NCBI GenBank assembly: GCA_963749075.1
Contig: CAVVLJ010000021.1
Span: 480,001-544,000, forward strand
Direction of reading: 5' to 3'
Origin: an uncultured Pseudomonadota bacterium
GTDB taxonomy: Bacteria > Pseudomonadota > Alphaproteobacteria > JACZXZ01
Length of the DNA: 64,000 nucleotides
Under the pieces are notes generated by a model. That model did no database searches and was not told the DNA's origin. It saw only the letters and a list, made by a program, of their open reading frames with translations. Below are positions 8,781-18,449 of the stretch, piece after piece (within the stretch, counting starts at the first letter, position 1; every line of letters begins with the position of its first letter). The position numbers and the translations under genes were made by a program.

Positions 8781-9785
8781 ATGCAACATCGCCAGCTTGG
8801 CGCGGCGGGTCCGCGCGTCTCGGCTCTCGGCCTCGGCTGCATGGGCATGTCGGGCATGTACGGGCCGGCCGACCGGGCTGAGAGCATCGCCACCATCCAC
8901 GCCGCCCTCGAGGCCGGGGTGACGCTCCTCGACACGGGCGACTTCTACGGCATGGGCCACAACGAGATGCTGATCGGCGAGGCGCTCAAGGGTGCCAAGC
9001 GCATGGAAGCGCTCGTCAGCGTCAAGTTCGGTGCGCTGCGCGATCCCGCCGGAGGATGGCTCGGCTACGACGCCAGGCCGGCGGCGGTGAAGAACTTCCT
9101 TGCCCACTCGCTGCAGCGCCTCGGGCTCGCTCACATCGACATCTACCGCCCGGCGCGCCTCGATCCTGAGGTGCCGATCGAGGAGACGGTCGGTGCCGTC
9201 GCCGAGATGGTGCGGGCGGGCTACGTGCGCTACATCGGCCTCTCCGAAGTCGGCCCCAAGACCATTCGCAGGGCCGCCGCCGTGCATCCGATCGCCGATC
9301 TCCAGATCGAATATTCGCTGATCTCGCGCGGCATCGAGGACGGCATCCTCGCTGCCTGCCGCGAGCTCGGCATTGGTATTACGGCCTATGGCGTGCTCTC
9401 GCGCGGCCTGATCGGCGGGCATTGGCGGAAAGCGGGCGCCGGTCGCGGCGATTTCCGCACGCAGAGCCCGCGCTTCCAGGATGGCAACGTGGAGCGCAAC
9501 TTGGCCCTCGTCGAGGCGCTGCGCGGAATCGCGGGCGCCAAGGGCTTGAGCGTCGCCCAGATGGCCATCGCCTGGGTGGCGGCGCAAGGCGAGGACATCG
9601 TGCCCCTCGTGGGCGCCCGTCGCCGCGACCGGCTCGAGGAGGCGCTTGGCGCGCTCAATACCGCACTGACGCCCGCGGATCTGGCCAAGATCGAGAGGGC
9701 GGTGCCCAAGGGTGCCGCCGCCGGCGAGCGCTATGCGCCGCTCCAGATGGCGCATCTCGACAGCGAGGCGGCGCGTCATGGGTGA
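8781..9785 (+). CDS. Aldo/keto reductase
   Basis: LGLGCMGMS, LDTGDFYG, IGLSE, QIEYSL. Confidence 0.92.
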   Translation: MQHRQLGAAGPRVSALGLGCMGMSGMYGPADRAESIATIHAALEAGVTLLDTGDFYGMGHNEMLIGEALKGAKRMEALVSVKFGALRDPAGGWLGYDARPAAVKNFLAHSLQRLGLAHIDIYRPARLDPEVPIEETVGAVAEMVRAGYVRYIGLSEVGPKTIRRAAAVHPIADLQIEYSLISRGIEDGILAACRELGIGITAYGVLSRGLIGGHWRKAGAGRGDFRTQSPRFQDGNVERNLALVEALRGIAGAKGLSVAQMAIAWVAAQGEDIVPLVGARRRDRLEEALGALNTALTPADLAKIERAVPKGAAAGERYAPLQMAHLDSEAARHG

Positions 9786-9862
9786 CAGGATCGTCATCGT
9801 GACCGGCGGGGCTTGCGCGTTAGAATGGCGACAACCGCGCCGCTTGAGCCCGAGGTCGAGCG

Positions 9863-10282
9863 ATGGCAACCGATCCGGACATATTTGCCGCCGCCGAGCA
9901 AGATGACCCGGCCGCTCTCCTCGAGAGGATTCCGGACAGTAAATCTCCCTTCGAGCTGTGCGACCGCGACGGCATCTCGCTCGTCCTGTTCTGCCTCTAC
10001 CGGGGCTTGAGAAAAAACCTCGCCGCCTGCGCGGGACGGGTCGAGAAGGCGGACGCGCTACGGCTGTTGATCGCCGCCACCTCCGACATCGACGCGCGCC
10101 AGGGCGGCGGCTGGACGCCGCTCATGCCGGCGAGCGTCAACGGCATGGCGGAGGCGGCCGCGGCACTGCTCGAGGCCGGCGCCGACGCCGCACTCGCCAG
10201 CGACAAAGGGAAGGCCGCGGCCGATCTGGCGCGCGAGCAGGGTCATCTCCTGATCGTCGAGCGGCGCGCCAAAGCCGGCTGA
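9863..10282 (+). CDS. Ankyrin-repeat protein, apparently internally deleted
   Basis: GGWTPLMPASVNG...LLEAGAD...GKAAADLA. Confidence 0.65.
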   Translation: MATDPDIFAAAEQDDPAALLERIPDSKSPFELCDRDGISLVLFCLYRGLRKNLAACAGRVEKADALRLLIAATSDIDARQGGGWTPLMPASVNGMAEAAAALLEAGADAALASDKGKAAADLAREQGHLLIVERRAKAG

Positions 10283-10400
10283 GCCGACGCGGCGGCTCCG
10301 AGCGCGCTTGACATCGGCCCATGGGCGCTCATATAGGCGCATATACGCGTATTTCGCGCGAAGAGCCCGCCTGCCGGCCCGGGAAGGAGAGGCGCCTGCC

Positions 10401-11507
10401 GTGACCAGCGTCGCCGTCGAGCGCAAAACGAGCTCGCCCCCGGCAAGGAGCAGGCCGAGACCGGCGCAGAGGAGACTCGCGCTCTTCGGCCTGGCTCTCG
10501 CGCTCGGGCTTGGTGCGGCCTGGTACGGCTACGACTGGTGGACGGCCGGGCGCTTCATGGAGAGCACCGACGATGCCTATGTCGGCGGCGACGTGACCGC
10601 CATCTCGCCGCACGTGGCGGGCTTCGTCTCGCAGATCCTGGTCACGGACAACCAGCATGTGCAGGCGGGACAGCTCCTCATCCGCCTCGACGATCGGGAT
10701 TTTCAGGCGGCCCTCGACCGCGCGGACGCGGTCGTGCGGCAGCGGGCCGCCGCACTTGCCGGCATGCAGGAAAAATACGTGCTCCAGCAATCCGTCATCC
10801 GCCAGGCAGCAGCAGGACTTGCGGCGAATGCGGCGAAGGCCGGTTTCGCGGGCGAGGACGCCGTGCGCTACAGCAGCATGGCGCGCACGGGCGCCGGGTC
10901 GCAGCAGAATGCCGAAAGGGCCGTCGCGGTCGATCGGGAAACGCGCTCCACCGTCCTCTCGTCGCAGGCGGCGCTCGACTCCGCGAGGCAACAGCTCGCC
11001 GTCTTGGACGCGGAGATCGGCGAAGCCCGCGCCGCCCTGGCGGAGGCCGAGGCCGCCCTCCGCACCGCCCGCCTCAATCTCGGCTACGCAGAGGTCCGCT
11101 CGCCGATCGAGGGCTACGTCGGCAATCGCTCCGCCCAGGCCGGCGCCTACGTCTCCGAAGGCGCCTATCTGCTGACGGTCATTCCGGCGCACGGCCTGTG
11201 GGTCGATGCGAACTTCAAGGAGGACCAGCTGCGGCGGTTGGCCCCGGGGCAGTCCGCGACGGTCGTCGCGGACGTCATGCCGGGGCACGCCTTTCGCGGC
11301 CGCGTCGAGAGCCTTGCCCCGGGCACGGGCGCCATCTTCAGCGTCATCCCGCCGGAGAACGCGACCGGCAATTTCACCAAGATCGTCCAGCGCGTCCCCG
11401 TCCGCATCGAGCTCGATGCCCGCGATGCGGTGCTCGGCAGGCTCCGGCCTGGGCTGTCGACGACCGTGAGCGTGGACACGCGGTCCGAGCCTAGGGGCGG
11501 ACGGTGA
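10401..11507 (+). CDS. HlyD/EmrA-family efflux adaptor
   Basis: STDDAYV, PPENATGNFTKIVQRVPVRI. Confidence 0.92.
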   Translation: MTSVAVERKTSSPPARSRPRPAQRRLALFGLALALGLGAAWYGYDWWTAGRFMESTDDAYVGGDVTAISPHVAGFVSQILVTDNQHVQAGQLLIRLDDRDFQAALDRADAVVRQRAAALAGMQEKYVLQQSVIRQAAAGLAANAAKAGFAGEDAVRYSSMARTGAGSQQNAERAVAVDRETRSTVLSSQAALDSARQQLAVLDAEIGEARAALAEAEAALRTARLNLGYAEVRSPIEGYVGNRSAQAGAYVSEGAYLLTVIPAHGLWVDANFKEDQLRRLAPGQSATVVADVMPGHAFRGRVESLAPGTGAIFSVIPPENATGNFTKIVQRVPVRIELDARDAVLGRLRPGLSTTVSVDTRSEPRGGR

Positions 11508-13069
11508 CGGGCGAGCCGCAGTCCGCGGGCTGGGCGAGGAGCATCCTCCCCTTCGTGGTCATGTGCGTCGGCATGTTCATCGCACTGCTGGACATCCAGA
11601 TCGTCGCCTCGTCGCTCCAGGACATCGGCGGCGGGCTCTCCGCGGCCCAGGACCAGATCAGCTGGGTACAGACCGCGTATCTCATCGCCGAGATCATCGT
11701 GATCCCGCTCTCGGGCTGGCTGACGCGCGTCTTCTCCACGCGCTGGCTGTTCACCGCCTCCGCCGCCGGCTTCACCGTGGCGAGCATGCTCTGCGGGCTG
11801 GCCTGGAACATCGAGAGCATGATCCTCTTCCGCGCCCTTCAGGGGCTCCTCGGCGCCTCCATGATCCCGACCGTCTTCACCTCCTCGTTCCACTATTTCC
11901 AGGGTCAGTACCGCGTCTATTCCGCGGCCGTGATCGGCACCATCGCGTCGGTCGCCCCGACCTTGGGGCCCGTGATCGGCGGCTGGATCACCGATACGCT
12001 CGACTGGCATTGGCTCTTCTACATCAATCTCGCTCCGGGTCTCGCCATCACGGTCCTCGTCCCGCTTCTCGTCAAGATCGACGAGGCGGATCTCTCGCTC
12101 CTCAAGGAGGCGGACTATCCCGGCATCGTCCTCATGGCCATCGCCCTCGGCAATCTCGAATATGTGCTGGAGGAGGGCGCGCGGTGGAACTGGCTCGACG
12201 ACGAGGTCATCAGGACGTCAGCACTCGTAGCCGCCATCGCCGGCATCCTCTTCGTGCTCCGCAGCCTGACCTTCGCGCGACCCGTCGTCGACCTCCGCGC
12301 GCTCGGGAACCGCAACTTCGCGCTGGGCTGCGTGCTCTCCTTCATCACCGGGATCGGCATCTTCTCGACCATCTACCTGACGCCGCTCTTTCTCGGCTAT
12401 GTGCGCGGCTTCAGCGCCTGGCAGACCGGCATCGCGATCTTCTCGACGGGTGCCGCCTCGCTGGCGGGCGTCCCCGTCTACATCGTGCTCGCCCGCAAGT
12501 TCGACATGCGCTGGCTCATGATGTTCGGGCTCGCCTCCTTCGGGCTCTCGATGTGGAGCTTCAGCTTCATAACCCACGACTGGGGCGCTTGGGAGCTCCT
12601 TCTGCCGCAGGTCTTCCGGGGTTTCCCTCAGGTCTTCGCCGTGGCGCCGAGCGTCAATCTCGGCCTCGGCAGCCTGCCGCCCGAGCGGCTCAAATACGCG
12701 AGCGGCCTCTTCAACATGATGCGCAATCTCGGCGGTGCCGTCGGCATCGCGGTCTCCGGCGCCATCCTCAACGACCGGACCAATTTCCACTTCCTCGCCA
12801 TCGCCTCCCGCCTGACGCCGGCCAACGGTGCCATGGAGAGGCTGCTGGACGGCATGGCGCAGCGTCACGGCGCCATCCTCGGCGGCGCTTCGGCAGGGCA
12901 TGCCGCGGCTCTCAAGCAGCTCTGGCAGCTCGCCTACCGCGAGGCGTCGACGATGGCTTATGCCGATGCCTTCCGCGCCATCCTCATCGCCTTTATCGTC
13001 GCCACCATCCTGGTGCCGCTCTTGCGCAACGTCGCGGCGTCCAAAACGCCGGCGGCGAACGCCCACTGA
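11504..13069 (+). CDS. DHA2/EmrB-family MFS efflux transporter
   Basis: LDIQIV, WVQTAYL, many TM segments, FNMMRNLGG. Confidence 0.92.
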   Translation: MTGEPQSAGWARSILPFVVMCVGMFIALLDIQIVASSLQDIGGGLSAAQDQISWVQTAYLIAEIIVIPLSGWLTRVFSTRWLFTASAAGFTVASMLCGLAWNIESMILFRALQGLLGASMIPTVFTSSFHYFQGQYRVYSAAVIGTIASVAPTLGPVIGGWITDTLDWHWLFYINLAPGLAITVLVPLLVKIDEADLSLLKEADYPGIVLMAIALGNLEYVLEEGARWNWLDDEVIRTSALVAAIAGILFVLRSLTFARPVVDLRALGNRNFALGCVLSFITGIGIFSTIYLTPLFLGYVRGFSAWQTGIAIFSTGAASLAGVPVYIVLARKFDMRWLMMFGLASFGLSMWSFSFITHDWGAWELLLPQVFRGFPQVFAVAPSVNLGLGSLPPERLKYASGLFNMMRNLGGAVGIAVSGAILNDRTNFHFLAIASRLTPANGAMERLLDGMAQRHGAILGGASAGHAAALKQLWQLAYREASTMAYADAFRAILIAFIVATILVPLLRNVAASKTPAANAH

Positions 13070-13110
13070 CGGGGCGGGCTCGTTCGCCAGGCAGCCTCGA
13101 GGAGATCGCC

Positions 13111-13813
13111 ATGACCGCCATTCCCTACCGCACCGCCCTCATCATCGGAACCGGGCCGGGCATCAGCGCATCCGTGGCGCGCGCGCTCGCCTCAGCCGGT
13201 CTCAAGCTCGGATTGGCGGCGCGCAACGCGGCCAAGCTGGCGCCGCTTGCCGCCGAGACCGGCGCCGAGACGTTCGCCGTGGACGCCGCCGATCCCGCCG
13301 CGGTCAAGCGCCTCTTCGAGGAGGCGGACGAGGCGGCTCGGGGAGCCCGATGTCGTGCTCTACAACGCGAGCGCCCGCGCGCCCGGTCCCTTGGCCGAGC
13401 TCGACCCGGAAGCCGTGCGGGCCGCCATCGCGGTCTCGGCCTACGGCGGCTTCCTCGCCGTCCAGCAGGCGGCGCGGAGAATGACGCCGCATGGCCGGGG
13501 CGCCATCCTCTTGACCGGTGCCAGCGCCAGCGTGAAGGGCTTTGCCCTCTCGGCCGCCTTTGCCATGGGGAAGTTCGCCTTGCGCGGCCTCGCCCAGAGC
13601 GCTGCGCGCGAGCTTGGCCCGCAGGGCATCCATGTCGCGCATTTCGTCATCGACGGCGGGGTGCGCAGCGCGCGGCGCCCCGATCCGGCGGAGCGGCCGG
13701 ACAGCACGCTCGATCCCGACGCCATCGCGGAGAGCTATCTCGCCGTCCTGCGGCAGCCGCGCAGCGCCTGGTCGCTGGAGGTCGAGCTCAGGCCCTGGGT
13801 CGAGCGGTTCTGA
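13111..13813 (+). pseudogene. SDR oxidoreductase with 1-nt frameshift near 13330
   Basis: N-half IGTGPGIS in one frame; C-half VLYNAS...TGASAS...FAMGKF...RPWVERF in another. Confidence 0.75.
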
Positions 13814-13837
13814 TGGCCGGCGCGTAGGCAGCGCCCG

Positions 13838-14467
13838 TCACGGAAAAGGCTCTTTGCGCAGGTTGAAGGCGATGGAGATGCGCGGCTGGTCGCCGCGGTG
13901 GGCAAAGACCATGTGGGGCACGTAGCTCGGGAAGAGGACCATCATGCCGGGAACGGGATGGACGTAGACGCTGGTGCGGATGAGCCCTGGGAAAAAGGTG
14001 CTGTCGCGCGAGAGGAACGGATCGATGATCTGGAGCGGCGTCGCGGGGCCGCTCTCGCCCGTCGGATTGCCGGCGTCGACATAGTAGGTGCCCGACCAGG
14101 TGGCGCCGGGATGGGTGTGGGTCTTGTTGAAATCGCCGGCGCGGTTGACGTTGGCCCAGGCCTGGAACGTCCAGGCGAACTCCGCGGGCTGGCGGCCATA
14201 GGCTACGAGAAGCTGCGTCGTGGCATGGTTGGCCATCTTGACGAAGCGCTCGACGAGGCTCTGGCCGGGCGGCCCCAGCCACTCGAGCGTCCCGGTCTCG
14301 GAATGCCAGCCGCCGATGTTGCTCTTGGAGCGGCCGTGGCTGTCCTGCTCTTGCGCGAGGATGCGGCGGCAGAGCTCGCTGTTGAGCTCGCCCACGTCCG
14401 GCCACACGAAGCACATGACGGGTGTCGGGAAGCAGTAATCGAGACAGGCGCCTTCCAGTTCGGCCAT
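13838..14467 (-). CDS. Putative 2OG-Fe(II) oxygenase (TIGR02466-like)
   Basis: SNIGGWHS, WANVN, HTHP, WSGTYY, FPSYVPHMV, RISIAFN. Confidence 0.8.
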   Translation of the reverse strand: MAELEGACLDYCFPTPVMCFVWPDVGELNSELCRRILAQEQDSHGRSKSNIGGWHSETGTLEWLGPPGQSLVERFVKMANHATTQLLVAYGRQPAEFAWTFQAWANVNRAGDFNKTHTHPGATWSGTYYVDAGNPTGESGPATPLQIIDPFLSRDSTFFPGLIRTSVYVHPVPGMMVLFPSYVPHMVFAHRGDQPRISIAFNLRKEPFP

Positions 14468-14475
14468 CGCGGCGG

Positions 14476-14511
14476 CTCCAAAATCCTCTCCAAAATCCTC
14501 TCCAAAATCCT
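14476..14511. repeat. 12-bp tandem repeat x3
   Basis: (CTCCAAAATCCT)x3, perfect. Confidence 0.9.
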
Positions 14512-14838
14512 CCGGCGCCGCATCATGCGGCCTCGGGTGCTCCGGCGGAAGAGGGATGACGATCGAGGGCGAGGCGGGATCGCCCGAGGCCGGCGGGCAT
14601 GGACGGCGCCGCCGTCCGCGCTCCTTGCCTCGCCGCGAGGACGCGCCTAAGATGTCGAAGCCGCCAGGACTGCAACTTCGCAGAGTCTGGTCCTGGCGGC
14701 TTCGAGCACTCTGAGGTAGGATGTTGACACGATTGAGCGCAGAGGCGCGGTCCACCTTCTCGCGTGAGGTTGGGAAAATCATAGCAGACTGCGGCTTTCC
14801 GCGCGACCCCCAATCGGCCTCCCAGGCGGCTTGGCGCT

Positions 14839-15495
14839 CTAGTCGCCGCGGATCTCGCGCGCGGCGCGCCTCAGGATCTCGGCGATGCGGCGCTGCTCCT
14901 CGGCCGGCCCGTCGAGCCTCTCGGCGAGCGTCGCCCGGAGCTCGCGGCGCGCTTGGCGCAGCTCCGCGGCGGTCGCGTGGCGGCCGTCCTCGGCCTCCTC
15001 GGCACTACCGTCCGGTGCCGTCTCGTCGCCGGCAAAGGCACGGCGCACGCGCTCCATGCGGCGGCCGATCCAGGCGAGCTGGCCCAGCATCGACTGGGCG
15101 ATCTCACGGTTCTCCTCGAGATGGGCGCGCCCGCTCTCGGTGATGCGGTAGAGCTTCTTGGCGCCCTCGGCCTCGACGGTGGCGTGGCCGATCTCCTCGA
15201 GATAGGTGAGGGCGGGATAGACCATGCCCGGGCTCGGGCTGTAGAAGCCGCCCGAGCGCTCCTCGAGCGCCTTGATGAGCTCGTAGCCGTGCCGCGGCTC
15301 CTCGGCCAGGAGTGCCAGGATGACGAGCTGCAGGTCGCCCGAGGCGAGCTTGCGCCCGGCGCCGAAGCCGCGCGCGCCCCGCCCCACCCCGCCGGCGAAG
15401 CCGCCGATGAAGCGGCCGAAGCCGCGCTCGCCGCGATGGCGCCCCATGCAGCCGCGCTCGCCGTGATCGCGCCCGTGTTCGTGGTGACGATGCAT
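14839..15495 (-). CDS. PadR-family regulator with His-rich N-terminus (YqjI-like)
   Basis: GDLQLVILALL, HGYELIK, YSPSPGMVYPAL. Confidence 0.9.
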   Translation of the reverse strand: MHRHHEHGRDHGERGCMGRHRGERGFGRFIGGFAGGVGRGARGFGAGRKLASGDLQLVILALLAEEPRHGYELIKALEERSGGFYSPSPGMVYPALTYLEEIGHATVEAEGAKKLYRITESGRAHLEENREIAQSMLGQLAWIGRRMERVRRAFAGDETAPDGSAEEAEDGRHATAAELRQARRELRATLAERLDGPAEEQRRIAEILRRAAREIRGD

Positions 15496-15523
15496 GATAT
15501 CCTCTCTGATGTGATCGTTAAAC

Positions 15524-15561
15524 ATATCGTACGATATAGTGTAAGATATCTAGTTGTCAAG
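15524..15561 (-). promoter_or_regulatory. padR promoter and palindromic operator
   Basis: CTTGAC-N16-CTATAT on minus strand; perfect palindrome ATATCGTACGATAT 15524-15537. Confidence 0.6.
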
Positions 15562-15660
15562 AAAAAAGATCGAGGGGATTGCAGCTCGCGCGGGACTTGT
15601 CGCCGTGAGTGGGATCGGTGATCTTGAGCAGCCAGCGCAGCACCTCTCGCGGGAGGTTTC

Positions 15661-16146
15661 ATGAAGGCGGCTGATTTCATCGCTCGGCACTGGAAGATTT
15701 GGGGCGGGCTCGGGCTTTACGCCAAGTTCGAGCATGTCGTGGCTGCCGTCCTTGTCGTCATGATCTCGGCGCTCATCGTCGCCGCGATGCTGAGTCTGGC
15801 CCTCGATGTCGCCCGCCTTCTTGCCGGCGGGCTCGATGCGCTCAAGGACGCCGGCATCGAGGAGATCTTCGGCCGCATCATGACGGTGCTCATCGCCCTC
15901 GAGTTCAACCTCTCGATCGCGCAAGTGCTGGAGCATCACGGCCACCTGGTGCAGGTGCGCACCGTCGTGCTCGTCGCCATCCTCGCCGTCGCGCGCAAGT
16001 TCATCATCATCGATCTGGAGGCGATGAGCTGGGAAGCGCTCATCGCACTCGCGGTCGTTATTGCCGCACTGGGCGCCACCTATTGGGTGCTCGCCGCAAC
16101 GGTGCGCAAGCAGCAAGCCGGCCCCGGCCGCCATGGTGAGAATTAG
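15661..16146 (+). CDS. PsiE-family membrane protein
   Basis: IMTVLIALEF, AILAVARKFIIID; GGAGG RBS. Confidence 0.8.
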   Translation: MKAADFIARHWKIWGGLGLYAKFEHVVAAVLVVMISALIVAAMLSLALDVARLLAGGLDALKDAGIEEIFGRIMTVLIALEFNLSIAQVLEHHGHLVQVRTVVLVAILAVARKFIIIDLEAMSWEALIALAVVIAALGATYWVLAATVRKQQAGPGRHGEN

Positions 16147-16182
16147 CGCCGGCCGCGGGAGGCGGATTGAAGAGCCGCCGCC

Positions 16183-17106
16183 ATGAGCGTCGCCAAGAGC
16201 GTACTCGTCAGCATCGTCATGCCCGCCTTCCAGGCGCGCGCGACCATTGCCGCCGCCGCAGCCAGCGTCGTGGCGCAGAGCCATCGCGAGTGGGAGCTCC
16301 TCATCGTCGCCGACGACGGCAGCGATTATGCGCACGTGCTGCGGCAGGCCGGCATCGCCGACGCGCGCCTGCGCTTTTTCGCGAGCCCGGCTCCCGGCAG
16401 CGGCCCGGCGGCGGCGCGCAATTTAGCACAGCGCCACGCGGCGGGCGCCCTCGTGACGCGTCTCGATGCCGACGACCTCTATGAGCCGGAGCGCCTAAAA
16501 GTCCTGGTGCCGCTTGCGCTGCGCCACGGCGTTGCCGCCGACAATGGCGTGGCATTCGAGGACGGCGGGCGGGAGCTCGGCACGCTGCTGCCGCGCGGCG
16601 AGGGCAGCGCGGCCGTGGGCCCCCTCGAGCTCATGGTCTCGCCCTTTTCCTGGTGTCTCGTCTTCCGCCGCGAGCTCTTGCCGGCGTGGGACGAGGACGT
16701 GCCCTTCGCCGAGGACGTCCTCTTCAACGCGCGCGCCTTCGAGGAGTGCCAGGCACTCCCCGTCGATCGCCGCGTGCTGTGGCGCTATCGCGTGGCGGCG
16801 CGCTCGCTCTCCCACGGTGCAGGTGCTGCCGAGCGCGCCGAGGCGGGCTATGCCCGCCTGCTGGCCGAGTGCGCCGCCGGGGCGCCGCGCTTCGAGAAGC
16901 CGGCGCTGCAGGAGACCTGGTGCCGGGCGCTGGCGGAGAAGCGCGCGCTCAACCGCAAATTCGCCGCCGTCTTCGCGGCCGGACAAGCGGCGAGCTTCCA
17001 GGAATGGGCATTCGCGCGCACCGCTGCCGCCGCCGCCGGTCCTCGAGGCGGGGCAGAGGGGCGCGCGCTCAATCGAACTCGAAGGCCACGTCGCGCGGGC
17101 GCTTGA
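16183..17106 (+). CDS. Glycosyltransferase family 2
   Basis: VSIVMPAF, ADDGS, GPAAARN, LDADD. Confidence 0.85.
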   Translation: MSVAKSVLVSIVMPAFQARATIAAAAASVVAQSHREWELLIVADDGSDYAHVLRQAGIADARLRFFASPAPGSGPAAARNLAQRHAAGALVTRLDADDLYEPERLKVLVPLALRHGVAADNGVAFEDGGRELGTLLPRGEGSAAVGPLELMVSPFSWCLVFRRELLPAWDEDVPFAEDVLFNARAFEECQALPVDRRVLWRYRVAARSLSHGAGAAERAEAGYARLLAECAAGAPRFEKPALQETWCRALAEKRALNRKFAAVFAAGQAASFQEWAFARTAAAAAGPRGGAEGRALNRTRRPRRAGA

Positions 17107-17830
17107 TCAGGCTCTCTCCGCCGTCGAGATAGAGGATGTTGCCGGTCATCGACGGCGTCGCCAGGATGAAGCGCAGCGCCAGCACGATGTCCTCGGTCGT
17201 GCTGCTGCGGCCGAGCGGCGTTGCGCGCCAGGCGCGCGCGAACTGCTCCTCGCTCTGCTCGCCGCTCGGAAGCGTAATGCCCGGCGCTATGCCGCATACC
17301 CGGATCGCCGGCGCCAGCGCCACCGCCAGCGTCTCGGTGAGGCCGAGGAGGCCGAGCTTGCTGATCGTGTAGGAGAAGTAGTCCGGATTGAGGTTGCGGA
17401 TCTTCTGGTCGAGCATGTTGACGATGACGTTGTCGCCGCCGCCCTCGGCATGCGCGGCGAAGGACTTGGCGAGGAAGGCGGGCGCCGCCAGGTTCGGCCC
17501 CAGGTGCCGCGCCCAGCTCTCGGCCGAGACGCTGGCGACGGTGTCGCGCTCGAAGGTCGAGGCGTTGTTGACGAGGCAGCGGAGCGGGCGCCCGTGGGCG
17601 AGGCAGCGGGGCACCAGCTTCTCCGCCTCCTCGATGCTGCCGAGATCGGCCTTGAGCGGGATGCAGTCGCCGCCCGCCAGCACCACCTCCTCCGCGAGCT
17701 CGGCCGCGGCGCGCTCGGAGCGGCGATAATGGACGAAGACCAGCCGGCCGTCGGCGGCGAGTGCCTTCACGATGGCGGCACCCACGCGCCGCGCCCCGCC
17801 GGTCACCAGTGCCGCGTCGCCCGTGCCCAC
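17069..17830 (-). CDS. SDR, pteridine-reductase-like
   Basis: TGGARRVG, VNNAS, MLDQK, YTISK. Confidence 0.85.
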   Translation of the reverse strand: MGTGDAALVTGGARRVGAAIVKALAADGRLVFVHYRRSERAAAELAEEVVLAGGDCIPLKADLGSIEEAEKLVPRCLAHGRPLRCLVNNASTFERDTVASVSAESWARHLGPNLAAPAFLAKSFAAHAEGGGDNVIVNMLDQKIRNLNPDYFSYTISKLGLLGLTETLAVALAPAIRVCGIAPGITLPSGEQSEEQFARAWRATPLGRSSTTEDIVLALRFILATPSMTGNILYLDGGESLIKRPRDVAFEFD

Positions 17831-17834
17831 GCGC

Positions 17835-18287
17835 CTATCGCCCGGCGGCCTTGCGCGCGCGGCGCAGGCGGTAGAGCTCGACGCCGGCGCCGGCCGCCTC
17901 GTTGAAGATGTCCGGCTTCATGAGCGAGACCCGGCAGGCCTCCACCTGCGGGTTGCGGAAGGCGAGGCGGATGAGCTCCTCGGCCAAGGCCTCGAGCAGC
18001 GGCACGTGGCGCCGGCGCCGCCATTTCTTGAGCTCGGCGCGGATCTCGTCGTAGTCGATCGCGGGCTTGGCGGAGCGCCTGCCGCGGCTCCCGGCCGGCA
18101 GATGGGCGAAGAGCTCGACGTTGACGATGAGCCTCGCCGGCCGCTCCGGATGGCGCTCCCAGGGATGCAGGCCCACCTGCACCTCCACCTCGACGTCGCG
18201 GAGGATTACGCGCGTGTAGTCCTTGGCGCCGTCCCAGAGGGCGCCCTCGTCGGACCGCCGCGCGCTCGCCGCATCGCTCTTCGCCAT
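17835..18287 (-). CDS. folB: Dihydroneopterin aldolase family
   Basis: VGLHPWE, IDYD, HVPLLEALAE, KPDIF. Confidence 0.8.
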   Translation of the reverse strand: MAKSDAASARRSDEGALWDGAKDYTRVILRDVEVEVQVGLHPWERHPERPARLIVNVELFAHLPAGSRGRRSAKPAIDYDEIRAELKKWRRRRHVPLLEALAEELIRLAFRNPQVEACRVSLMKPDIFNEAAGAGVELYRLRRARKAAGR

Positions 18288-18299
18288 GACTCCTGCAAT

Positions 18300-18446
18300 C
18301 CCCCTCTCCTCCTTTAGGAGGAGAGGGTGGGGGTGAGGAGGTGATCTGGCAAGGCATTTCGCCACCCGCGTAAGCACGCAAGCGCCGAGCCAGCTCAGGC
18401 TCCCGCCCTCTCGTCCTCTCCTCCTGAAGGAGGAGAGGAATGAGGG
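18300..18446. repeat. Pair of REP-like hairpins
   Basis: CCTCTCCTCCTTTAGGAGGAGAGG and CCTCTCCTCCTGAAGGAGGAGAGG. Confidence 0.7.
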
Positions 18447-18449
18447 AGC

